This document shows, one piece after another, positions 47,901 through 59,637 of a stretch of DNA of 64,000 nucleotides. This DNA comes from Eutreptiella sp. 'Long Island Sound 2002' (lineage: Eukaryota > Protista > Euglenida). The DNA lies in contig OZ038378.1 in the NCBI GenBank assembly GCA_964036045.1, positions 199,144,001 through 199,208,000 on the forward strand. The letters run 5' to 3'. Numbering within the stretch: position 1 is the first letter of the stretch; each line of letters starts with the position of its first letter. Below the pieces are notes generated by a model, which was not told the origin of the DNA, did no database searches, and saw only the letters and a program-made list of their open reading frames with translations. Both the position numbers and the translations under genes were made by a program.

Positions 47901-50900
47901 CGTGATGATCAGCATTTTCCTTCAATTGTGCAAAATGAACCATGGATCTTCGCCATGGAAACTAAGCACAAAATTCCAAATGTAATTACTGAGTATCACG
48001 AGGGAAAAGTCTTTCAAAAAAAAATTCCCTCAAAGCCGTTTTGCGGAGCACTTTGAAAGCCAGTTACGAGCCAGGAATTCGTAATTCAGAATCATAGCCC
48101 CCAACAGCCCCGACCCCCCACCAAAATAATGATATACGTCAATATCAAATCCACCACTGCTGCAAATTGCAAACTGCAAAATTGCCAGAACATTTGAAAC
48201 CACATGCAAATCAACCTTGTTGTCAGGGCCAGGGGAGCCATGTAACCCACTTTGTTGCTTGCTTCTACGTTCAGTGCTTCTTGGAATGTGTGCAAGGGAA
48301 TTAATGATGGACATGAACGGGAGGATTACAAAGGACGTCTTCTTTCACCTACCACAATCGGGCTTTTGCAGTTCTTTTTTTGTGTTGCCCTCATTAAAGT
48401 ATGCACAATCTTTGGATGCAAGAACAATCATCACTGCAGTGTGGTATGTGTTGGTGTGGGGGAGCCAACCGCGCACGGGACAGTCCACGTCGTACGGAGA
48501 TGTGAAACCCTCATACGGCGGGGCAGGCGGGTGGGACAGGAGGGGGTGCGCAACATGGGCACCCAGGAGCGCCAACAGACAGGGGGAGGAGCAACACAGA
48601 CACACAGAACGCGGGAGCCACACCAGGAGGGACAAGGGTGAGTGCAGCAAACAAGGAGGAGGGGCACAGCAAGGCAGGAGAGACAACCAGAATAGCGGGA
48701 ACAGGGAACCAGAATGGAGCGGATGGCAGAGCGTGCGCATGGGAGGCAGCGACAATAAAGGGGATGGCTTGGCCAGCCAGCCCCGGTGCCAGGGCAACCC
48801 CTGCTCAACCGGCATTAGGTGGGGGATGTCTCCCGCAGCCCAGATGGGCTGTTTGCGCAACAGGAGCGGGAGCCCATCAGGGGCAGACCAGCCGTGAGGG
48901 GGAAAAGGACATATGGTGGACGGCCGGGACAGCGCGTGGAGAAACAGGGCACCTGGGCCTCACACACACAGAAACACAGCAAGGCAGGCTACGGACGGCC
49001 TGTGGACAGAGGCGCGTGGACAGCAAAAACAGTCAAACGACCCTGGCAACAACCAGCACATCCTCAATACGCCAATGATTGGGCGCCGCTGACGCGCAAA
49101 TGGCACACCATGCCACATTCAGCACAGCCCCAACACACCAACTACTGGGCTCCGCGAACGCGGAAACGACACCAGCAAGAGCACCGGCCGCAGCGGCCAA
49201 CAGAAAGCAGCAACCCGACGCAACATGCGAAGGGAAGAACGGGTGACTGTCCAGGCCCCGCAAAGGAGCAACAACCAGACGGAATGTCACACAGGGGGTC
49301 CATAATGACCCCCCTCACACAGTAGTAGCAACAGCAAGTGATGCACAGGGCAAGGCACAAGGCAATCTTTCATCGCCCACGGAGCCCACGGAGGCACCGG
49401 ATCAACGCAAAGGCCACTCGTGGGCCGTGGCATGCTACGTTGCACTTATGCATACAAGTGTGACACACACACACACACACATGCTTACTGAAGGTTAAAG
49501 GCCCTTCAGGGTCACGAACCAACCAAGCGTCGTTGATGCCCACATGCTCTGATGGGAGGGCCCGTAGGCGGCGAAGGCGGTGGACGCAGTGCTCTTTGAA
49601 ACCAACGGCCATGGCTCTCGGAATCTCTTTCACCTTCAGATCAGCAAAGGCATCTGGATCATCATCCAAACCCAAAAGATCCGCGTCACCAGGATAAACG
49701 GCAGGATGAAGGCCTCCAAAATAGCTAGACCGGAGCGGCTCCAAACACCAAATACGGCCCAAGGAGGCCAAGTAAACCTCCAAAGTGGCTACAAAGGCCT
49801 TGGAGATGGCCAATATCACCAATAGCAGCACCAATAGCTCCTGTCCCTCCAATTTGATAAAAGGAGACCTAGTGGCTCCAAAATGGCCGTAGTGGCCATT
49901 CCTGGCTTGCCTGCTGCAATGGCATAGGTATCACCCCCCCCCCCCCGAAAAACTTGCAGCATGCTGCGCAAGGTTGTGCATAAGGCAATTGCATGTTATG
50001 TCATCTAAATGTGCATAATTGTATTTAGTAGATAGTCGGCACGAAGTCCCCCCCCCCCCCCCCGTACCCTTTGGCTCGCTGCGCTCGACAGACGGCTCGC
50101 TTTGCTTGACATGGGGGCCAAGCCCCGCAGCCCCCCCCCCCCCTAAATAACAAGACTTCCGCGGTGGCCACACACTGCCTTTTGTGTGCACCACATTGTG
50201 CGTGGACCACCAAACCTTCCCTTCCGTACCCCCCCCCCCCCTGTACCTCTGGGTTACGGGGGGGCAACTTCATGCCGTATATGATTTGGTAATAATGCAC
50301 ACTGAACAATGAATATTGCAACAAGCAATGCATTTATGCTACCGCGATGTGGACGCGGGCGCTTGTCTGGTTACAAGTAGCAAGTAGCAAGGAGCAACAA
50401 CATGCAAGATGGGCAAAATCACCTCGAAGAGAGGTTGTTAGATCAAGCGCAGGCGCGGGCGTTGTATACCCCCTTTTTTTGGGGTCATTCGCGTAGCATA
50501 CCCCATGGCATGATATTGGATGTCCAACCCCTTGTAAAATCATTATTTTGCCCAATAAGACAATCCCCCAATGGATTTTTTGATTCTGAGGCCTCTATCC
50601 CCTAAAACTAGATAACACTTTTTTGAGGGGGGGGGGTGGGGGGCGGGGGGTGGTCAAAAGTTTTCCCTGAGAAGGCAATGGGGAGACACATTTATGTCAC
50701 ATCCAGCCCCGGTCGAATGGTAACGCACCCGGCTGCAGAATTTTAGGTCGGCGCTTCGAATCCTGGTCGGTGGACGCCGGCGGCGCCGCCGCCGCCATAT
50801 TGGCCGCACCAAGGTTCAAACCGCGGACCCAAAAGTCCGCGGCCGCCTGCATTACCATTCGGCCACTGGCTATGCTGAGACCAGTAGTTCTCCCCACTGC

Positions 50901-53900
50901 TTGGACCTGTGTGTGCCACCGACAAAAAACCCAAAGTGTGTGTTTCCATCTGACCGACTGCTGGCCTGTCTAACTGACTGATTGGCTGACTGTCAGCCTC
51001 TCTTCGAGGTGCACTGCGAAGGCAATAGAATTTAGAACTCTGTCACACTGGTTCAGATTTGGCTGAAATTTAGGTGGATGATAGCTATGGGTGTGAAGTA
51101 CAATCACATAAGGTTGGAGCAAGAAAATTCAAAAGTGGTGGCCCAGAACATCCGGCGCAAGTGGCGAACTAAGATTTCCAAATTTGTCGAAAATGGCCAA
51201 AAGATGCCATTTTTTAGCTGTTTTTGGGTCCCCAGGATGTTCGTGGATGGGGGCCATTTGCATTGGAATCAATCTGGATGATGAACAAACATTCCAAGGG
51301 ACTACTTGTTGGCTTTTGCACACAACTATTGGGCTCAGCGACATGGGGTCAAAATACCGCAAAAAACAGCCTTGCAAGTGAGTTTTTTGGCACACTTTTT
51401 CGAGTCCCACCTTCCTTCACTGCCATGTATTGCCCTGGGCACCCTTGTGGCAATAAATAATGATGAATGGGAACAAGTGGTTTCAGGCTCTTTTTGAGCC
51501 ATTGTCACAAAAGGGGGCCAAAAAACACATTTTTCCAAAGGTGCTCCTAGATAGGATGCTAAAGTAGGTGGTTTTTAAGCTATTTTCACTAATTTTTGAA
51601 CCTTTTTTGCCGCCTGCATTGTGTAGGACAGGTCTATTAGTGGGAGCACAGGGGAGGGGGGGGGGTAATAGACAGGGTGCTTGAGGGAGCTCCTTGATGG
51701 GGTTTTGTTGCGGGATCCTTCGGGGATCTGTCACGGATTCCCACAAGAGGATCCTTCAAGGGGTTGTTTAGGGGAATTCTTTAGAGAGGTCTTTCATGGG
51801 TCATTCACTAGGGCCCTTCAACAGAGTCCTTTTCAATTGTCCTTCATCAGGCTCTGTTGGGACCTTGCATGAGGTCCTTTGACAAAGGTCCTTATCAAGC
51901 TCATGTTGACACGGGGGGTTCCTTAAGAAGCCTAATTTTTTTTTTCTAGGGTCCACCCTTAAGGACCACCCCCAGGGACCACCAGCCGCCAACCGCTAAC
52001 CGCCACCAGCCGCCAACTGTCAACGGCCAACCTCCACCAACCGCCAACCGCCAACTGCCACCAACCGCCAACTGCCACCAGCCGCCAATTGCCAATTGCC
52101 AACCACCAACCTTTGAAGTAGAGAAGGTCCCACAACCAGGAAGCAGAGAGCGTCCCTGTGAGCGTTTGTTTATGTTGGTGTTACGGAGGCTTTTGTTTCC
52201 ATTAAGGACCCCGCTGTGTTGACGACTGTACATGATGTCCCTTCCCCGCCTGAGAGGGGGCCACATCCACCCCTGGTGACCAGTGGTTCCATACTAGCCC
52301 ACCTAGCCGATGAAATTCCTTGTCAAACAGCCTAAAGGATCAACATTGCGAATGCAGGAAGGTTTTCACCTCCAGCGAAGCACCCCAATGGTTGGGAGAT
52401 GGGGGTGGGGGCCAGGGAGGGTCAAGATTGCAATCTTCACCTCCAACCTGCTGCGCTGTGGTTGCAGTTGGGTTTTTGAAGGTTGCCACATGTATCAACC
52501 GATAGGGCCAGGCGGTTGGTTCCTTTTGTACTGCCCCATCTGCCCTTTTCTTCACACACTCTTTTTCATGATCCCCAACAACCAGCCCACATCCAGTAGG
52601 GAGCCCTCCACAAGGCAAGCCATTTTGGAGTTGCTGTAACAATGTAATCTGTAAGGCTGTGTGTGGGGCCTCCAAGTAAGTCAGGAAAATGGGAAATAGG
52701 TCACCAGATGATTCTGATCCATCTCTATGAATGATATCTCGGTTCCCACCTCTTGATTTCCCTGGTTGACCTCATGAATTTTTTTTTGAGAACCAGCATT
52801 TGACAAGTGGGCCTCGGTCTCTTCTCTTCACTATACCCTCAACCCCCCCCCTCCTGTTTCAGGCAGTTTAGCACCACCTTGTTCCCCCTATGCCCCGCAT
52901 TGTCTCAATGTTCAGTCGCTGCAGCTGCATGTTCTGGTTGTATCTGCCGTCTGTTTTAGGACACTGCGCTGGTGCGCACACATTTGGTGGATTTATATTA
53001 CCAAAAGCGATACCTCGTGTGCAACTACGTCTACAGTGTACTGTGGGATGACGATGTGGCAGAGTGTGAAGCCGCTAACACCAATTCTTTATGCTCTGCG
53101 TCCGAATCGCTCGCCACCGTGTATTGTGAGTGTCCTCGGTATGGCAGTGCTGGCTGGATGAAAAGGACAGGGGTGGGCAGAATTCCGCTTTAATTCAGCA
53201 ACAGTAGCAATCCCCCCCCCCCCCCGAGTCGGGGCTGATTCCCCTGATCCACCCCGATTGTTAGCCCGATTGGGTTGCAGGATTGAACACCAGAAATAGG
53301 CATTTTACCCGGGCGGGCGGTAATGCAACTGGAACCCCCTCATTGTGGGGGACCCGATGTGCATTTGTTTTGTTTGTATACAGATTAGACATGATGGCAA
53401 AGTGTGCTGTTGGTTTTAGCAAAGGGTCTCAGTTGACGGTGGTTTTTGTTTGTGAACCTGAGCAAGCGCTACTTGCAGCACGACACCCTCACGCTTCAAT
53501 GAAGGACAAGCTGTGTGCATGGTGTGCGTTGCTTGCAACCGTCCTCTTTCTTTGCTACAACAACCCACGGAGCATCATTCGCTGCAACATCAGCATCCAA
53601 ATTGACAACACATGTTACTCCTGCTAAGACAATGAACCCTATGGAAGCAAGACAGCCTGGAGCCCGCAAAAATGTTGCAAAGAACGTGACTGTGGGCGAC
53701 CGCATTAAAAAAAATGCGACAAGTTGCGGGTTGTGCGTCAACCATGGGCTCCTGTTTTGTAAACCTTGTGGGACCACCAACGGGAGGACAGTATCCAGCA
53801 CCACAACAGACGTGCACGATGGCAGCTATGCACGGCATGTACGTTGTGGAGCACTGTAGGTATGAGCACTGGCAGAGAATGGTCCAATGTGTTGCCCATG

Positions 53901-56900
53901 ACAAAATAAGTGCCCATTCGGGAATGCATTTGACACTTTCACGATTCACCGTTGCATAAAAGTAGCGTTGCGTGTCTTCATGCATGAAGCAGTTAGGAGT
54001 CAACAGGCCTTGCATGCCCCTCCGTCACACACTTTGTGATTGGAACAGTCAACACAACAATGGCATGGTCTGCCACTGTTGCAAACCCTGAAATTCAGAG
54101 GCATTCAACATCCAGCGAGTCAAAGAGGTCATCCTGTTGTGGTGCTTCCGTGAAATACAGAGCCGATCGTCAGGAGAGTCTGGTCGCTAATGGGGCAAAT
54201 AATGTCAAAAAACCAGAAATGCACTGTCTGCAATAGAAAAGTCCAGCAGAACATTCCTAGTAATTCTGGTCACCTGAACCATTTGGGGGTGGGGGGCTGA
54301 GCTTGGCCAGGATATGTGCCAGGGTGCACCCCCCCCGTGTTTCTTGGCAAGCACCATCAAGCATCAGCCTGTTCTCAGCAAGTGCAAATATACTCTGCTG
54401 CCTGGTTGAAGTGGCTTCAGGTGCAAAAAAAACCCAAATCGCCTCAGGAAGGGGGGGCATTGGTCTGGCATCCCCCCACCCCCACCCTCCTACTGCCACC
54501 GCCCCCCCCCCCCCGGATCGGGGGAGAAACATGCACTGAATTGTGCCAATGAATTGGGGGGCATAATTTGAGACAAATAGACTCAATTCAGGGGGCTGAA
54601 GGTGGAGCATTAGGCCTTGGACACTGGTGGCATGCTGCCCATCTCGGCGGACTGATATGCTCGTGTTGTGTCCTATGTGCCGCAGGTTGTCACAAAAAGC
54701 CTATCTCACGCTGTATTGGCACCCCATCGCCTGGGTATCTGTACAGTACATTGAGTATTGCAACACTGTGCCGTGGTGCGCATACCAAATCTGTTTTCAC
54801 ACCCTTGACAACTGAATTTTTTTGCTGCCCCTTTGTGCCTTCTATACGCTTCAGAATCATTATGCAGCTGCAAGAGTATTATGAAGACAAACGTGAGAGT
54901 GCCATAACACTCACGTGGGCTCGCAATTTGGTTACATCGTTTGCCTTTTTCATCTTCTTCACGCTGGCGGGGCTTTGTATGTTGCAGATGTACACTTTCT
55001 GTGATTTGACATCCATTTTTGGGCCTTCAGGGCTTAAGTACGTGTCAGACTTCGGAGGACTAGTCGAGGTACCTTTGCACATGCAAATATTGCTGCTGGT
55101 GCCTGTGTATGGTATGCTGATCTCTGGGCGATCAGAAAACTGCTCCAATGATGGGGTGAAGGAATGCATTGACACAGGCACATGCATCAGTATGGGGCGA
55201 ACTGTCGATGAGGAGAAGGGCACTCAAAAATGCGCCGCTTGGGGTCTCTTTGTGTTTAAGCTCGTGCAGGCATTTGCCCTTGGGGCAGAGAGGTAATGCT
55301 CAAAAGTGTGCAGCTACGAAACGACAAGCCACATCCTCTGAATCCTAGACCAACTCGACGATCATGAAGCTCTGCTGTTTGTTTGCGTATCCCCGAATTC
55401 CGAGCATCTCTCATTTAGTTGAAGCACATGGATTCATCAGACAGGCTGTTTGGAAAGGCTTCTGGTGGGTGGCCGTCTGTTGGGGTGTCTTTCCAACAAG
55501 AAGGAAGAACAACTGGCCATGATGTGTTTATCCCCCCCCCCCCCCAACACCATCCCCGACTACTGGGTGGGCTTTGGGATGGGTATGGGTTACCGCCCAC
55601 CCCCTATTTTGGGGTTCGCGAGTCCCAAGAAACATGTTTTAGAGGGTACATATCCTATTCTCATGGGGTGTTTGGCCTCGCCAGGGGCTGGGAAGGGCAA
55701 AAAATAAGGTATGGTATCACTGCTGACAGGATCTCAACAGGACCCTAACACAGCGGAGGTTGCGGCAGGCCCTAAAGCCCTCAGCTTGTACTTGCAGGGC
55801 AAGTACATGGTAATTGCCATTTGCACTGATTCCTTGCCAATGTCCGGGGAGCCATTGGGGGAAGCCAGCAAAATGTACAATAGGGTGAGATCCACCGGTG
55901 CACCCAGCAATAATCCCCTTGGACGCACAGACAGACAGGGTTTCTACAGATGGCTTGATTGGCAGAACATTGACCGTTGCGTCACCCCAAAATCTCGCAA
56001 GTTCGGAATGTGCGCTGCACCCATGGTTCAACAGAAGCACAAATAATGGCAAGCATAGACCAAAAGACCCCTGAAAATACTAGAGCCACAACTGTGAGCA
56101 TGCTTCGATCTCCTGGGGCTTGTGGCGGGCGTGTACCCCCCCAGTGGCTTCAGCCCCATGCCCACACCAAATCCGGTGGGGATGATTTAGGAGGCTCAGA
56201 TTTCCAGCAGACAGGGAAATTGCCTGTTATTGCGCATATGACATGTCGTGTGACTCCATGGCGTGCCTGTCAGATGCCAGCATCAACACCTTCTTTTCAG
56301 GGTTTCCCTTGCTGTGTGTGACTCCCTCCCCACGTATTCTGCATGCTTCTGTATTTATGATGGCAACCTCAACCGAGCACATTGGAAAGGTGGCGGCGCT
56401 GTGGGTAGTCAAATCAGGGAAACACACAAATGGCACAACCACCCCAACTACCACAAACCTCGAGGAAATTCCCACTGTGCTGTCTGAATACACCGACTGG
56501 CCCGTTCTAGATAGGGAGCGGCTTTCCACACCGTCAATGACAACAGTGCTCTTCTGAATGCCCCCCTGGTCAGCCCACAGACTTACAAAACCGTGGTCTC
56601 AGGTTTCCCAGCTTTGGTTTCTCAGCTGTACATGCTTGATGCCCTGCTCGGACCTGTACATCCATCTTCTTGCAGGTTGGTGATGACCGGCATGCAGGCG
56701 CCAAGGTGAATCGATTGGCGTTCCTCGTTGCCTTCCTTGTGCAATTGTTCTACTGGATCTTCGCGTTTCTGATATATTTCATTGTGTATCTTGTCACTGG
56801 GTTCTTTTTCCATACCTGGGACACCACCATGTGGCACAATTCAGGCTGGTGGGGTGTATGGTTTGCAACTTGCCTGCTTGGAGGCTTTGTGGTCTGGGTG

Positions 56901-59637
56901 CTGCTCCGCCTGTGTTGGAAGGCCGCTTTCTATTGCAAAGGAATTCGAAAGTTCAGTACATACTATTCGCCACATCCGGAGGTGCAGGATGATGAGACGG
57001 GGCTGACTGAGTTGGTGATGAACTGTTACCACGTATGTTGCATGAAATGTTGCAGCACCTTTCTCTGACCACATGTCCCCAGAGGGTGAGCTGGCCTCAT
57101 TTCCCTCCTGATTTTGAGAATCATGCGGAGGAGGGGCATGCAGGTTAGGGGTGCAGCGCGTAGACAACATGGGTGAAGGGCTACAGGGAGGGTGTTGGAC
57201 ACCATTTATCGAAACATCGTTTTTTTGAGGTTTTCTGGTTCTAAAGAAGTGGTGTGATGTCGATGCAGTAGCTAGAGCATCACAGCTCAATGTGCACAAA
57301 ATGTCGTATGGATGGACAGGCCAAGGGGCAATACATTTTGATTGTCGTTTCGTAGCTGCACACTTTTGAGCTTACCTCTCTGCCCCAAGGGCAAATGCCT
57401 GCACGAGCTTAAACACAAAGAGACCCCAAGCGGCGCATTTTTGAGTGCCCTTCTCCTCATCGACAGTTCGCCCCATACTGATGCATGTGCCTGTGTCAAT
57501 GCATTCCTTCACCCCATCATTGGAGCAGTTTTCTGATCGCCCAGAGATCAGCATACCATACACAGGCACCAGCAGCAATATTTGCATGTGCAAAGGTACC
57601 TCGACTAGTCCTCCGAAGTCTGACACGTACTTAAGCCCTGAAGGCCCAAAAATGGATGAAACGGCTGAAACGGGGATTCTCTTTGGTCTTGTGATTCCCC
57701 ATGCCTGCCCCCACGCTTGATGGAGGCCATCCGCCTGTTTTGCATGCAGAAAGACCATGTGAAGGGCCCCAGCTTCAAATACGCAAAGCCAGAGGCGAAG
57801 AAGCCCAGTTTCATGAAGAAATGCTGCGCCTGGTTCTGTGACAAGGAGCACGACGCGTCTCCCCACGTCTACTGTGTCAAATTCTACCTGGTATGCCTCT
57901 TGATGGCATGCCCTCGCCATGGCGCATGGTGCCTGGGGGGGGGGGGGGGGGATCGGGGGGGGTCATGGTGGCAGGGCCGTCAGAAAATACACATTCCAGG
58001 TTTCGCCCTGGACACAGATTTCACGAGATACCCACACTCGCTGGTCGAAAAGGCCGTCTTGCAGCTGGAAATACGCCATTTGTGGGACAATGCCCATTGA
58101 TGGCCCAATTGCATCAACCCCACTCCTAACGAAACAGGGTTTGGCACTGCCAAAATATCATTTGAAGCGGATGACCCTGAGTCATGTTGCAGATGTCGGC
58201 AGAACAAGTAATCTTTGATGTGGGCATGTCTGCTCGATGATAATGGACGCCCCCCTTCCCCTTGAACCCCCCTTTCACCTTCACCCAGCTGGCCGCCGAA
58301 ATCTTGGCTTTGTCTGTTTCCGCACGCGGGCTTCCTTGCTCCGTGTCCATCATCTCTGCATGCAGCTTTGCAGCCCTTCAATGTAGAATGGTCTGTATCT
58401 CGGTCTCCAGTGCTTCTATTTGGCTTTATTCATTGGCAAAGCACTGCCACAAGCTACCGCAAGGCCTCTTGGGGGTTGCCACAGGTCACCCCAATATCAT
58501 GAGTGGTCAGCTCACCACTGCCGGGAGATAGGCCCTGGGACCCCCAAAATTGGTGAAGGGGTCCCAAATCAAAGGGAGACCGCCGGCTCAGCCCTGGTTC
58601 TGGATCAACATAGGGGCCACAAGCCAAAGCCCTCCATCGCCAGCCCTTGGAAGGGTAAGGGTCTGGGGTATCCACGGCCAAAAAGTCAATGGGGGGTGAT
58701 TATATCTCACAGAATAAGAATGTTTCTGGGTTGCAAACAGAGTGAACCTTTTGAGGCCTTCGGGGGGATGGTGTTTCCCAGAGATGCAGATAAGTGTGGT
58801 TTTGATCTAGCAATCTCTGCAAGGTGCAGCCCACTCCCAGCCATGAGCACTCTCCCTCCCGCCGTTTCTACGCCGTGTGCAGACCCGTGCATTGCAGGCG
58901 CTCACAGATACACATAGGGTTGTACACATACAGATGCGTACGTCTGTGTTGCATCTGTGTGCACGCATGTGCACCCTGTCGTGTGCATGGGTGTAGCCAT
59001 ACGAGCAAATGTGACCAGCAGTCAAGTGGAGCACCCTGGACGAAAAATAGGCACCACAGCAAGTTTTCATCCAAGAAGTTGGGATGATGGCGCCCGACCA
59101 GTGAAAGTGGTCCCGAGACCCGCGAAAGCTGTAGGCAAGCAATTGGCAAACACAAGTATGAATTAAGTACTGGCCAGGCCACTGGCGCCAAGGGCGGCGG
59201 AAATTTTTTTTCGCTTAAATCCTCTTGCGCTACAGGTGCGGAAGAAAATTTTGCCTAAAACAATGGAAGGGGAGGACGGGGGGGGAGGGGGTCGGGGGGG
59301 GGGATCCTCCTATGGTTGTCAGCTGTTCTAATACATCCCTGCCCCTGCCCTTTGGATCCTTTTCATCAGGCATGGTGGACCCTCGTGGTTTATGGTGCGC
59401 TCATTGCTGGCAGCTGCATGTTCTGTGCCATCATCCCCATCAGCCTTTCGGACTTCTTTGTGACCCGGACCAATTTGAAATGGCGATTCCGGTTGATGAG
59501 TTTCCTGCTGATGGGCATCCCGCTGCTGCTGTTCAGCATTCTGACCGGATGGGTCAAGGGATCGGAGTGGAATGCCCGATGGGACCATGTGTTTTCTATG
59601 AAGGCGGCTGGGGATTGCCGTGCCATGCTCGCAGAAA
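41908..59637 (+). CDS. Multi-exon, multi-pass membrane protein with NPP/alkaline-phosphatase-superfamily ectodomain (PIG-N/O/G-like topology); 5' and 3' ends not located
   Basis: Exons 41908-42081, 42222-42400, 42686-42999, 45597-45776, 47589-47801, 52960-53125, 54686-54734, 54855-55292, about 56301-56400, 56676-57032, 57750-57890 and 59370-59637 are all GT-AG and stop-free, and phases agree (the 56301 exon end is uncertain). Motifs: VVVLSGLQYD, PSTSLPNWVTMATGVSP, IITSDRG, VPFIVY, IAPTLAALLG. Confidence 0.82.
43305..43870. repeat. Three degenerate tandem units of about 170-230 bp (intronic)
   Basis: The block gat(a/g)gcacc...cattggt...tagaaga...gccaaccaa...gggccaata recurs three times. Confidence 0.7.
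48455..49325. mobile_element. Intronic interspersed repeat, probably retroposon-derived
   Basis: It has an internal imperfect direct repeat of about 69 bp (49065-49175). I recognise the sequence from memory as an abundant euglenid repeat; this cannot be verified within the window. Confidence 0.4.
49595..49830 (-). pseudogene. Chlorophyll a/b-binding (LHC) protein fragment, degenerate
   Basis: VYPGDADLLGLDDDPDAFADLKVKEIPRAMAVGF versus LHCII YPGGxFDPLGLADDPxxFAELKVKEIKNGRLAM; the KNGRLAM segment is damaged. Confidence 0.7.
50405..51030 (-). mobile_element. Dispersed composite repeat, copy 2, with two convergent tRNA-like units (50710-50772 +, 50802-50865 -)
   Basis: It is the inverse of 5660-6255 and carries A-box-like GGYCGAATGGTAA and B-box-like TTCGAATCC/GGTTTGAACC motifs. 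Confidence 0.85.
51983..52110. repeat. (CCAACCG)n-type heptamer repeat; a shorter copy is at 34186-34235
   Basis: Directly visible. Confidence 0.9.
57342..57658 (-). repeat. Inverted, near-identical duplicate of 55010-55327 (3' part of an exon plus its donor site)
   Basis: The track translation is identical (SIFGPSGLKY...AFALGAER). The only difference I saw is a 1-nt indel, gtaatgctc versus gtaagctc. Confidence 0.97.
57985..58400 (-). pseudogene. Possible retroelement integrase (rve) relic in an intron
   Basis: KPCFVRSGVDAIGPSMGIVPQMAYFQLQDGLFDQRVWVS resembles DxxGP...YF...DxFxRxxWV; upstream stops are present. Confidence 0.35.

Noticed and set aside
50710-50865. Functional tRNA-Cys genes
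   Set aside because: Acceptor and anticodon stems do not pair, and the units lie in a dispersed repeat.
55717-56052. Alpha/beta-hydrolase-like HFAGFPQW ORF on the minus strand
   Set aside because: The canonical HGFP is not met, no nucleophile motif is present, and it lies in an intron among repeats.
41908-59637. Euglenid non-conventional (non-GT-AG) introns
   Set aside because: Every junction I could define is canonical GT-AG. Non-conventional introns cannot be called without cDNA.
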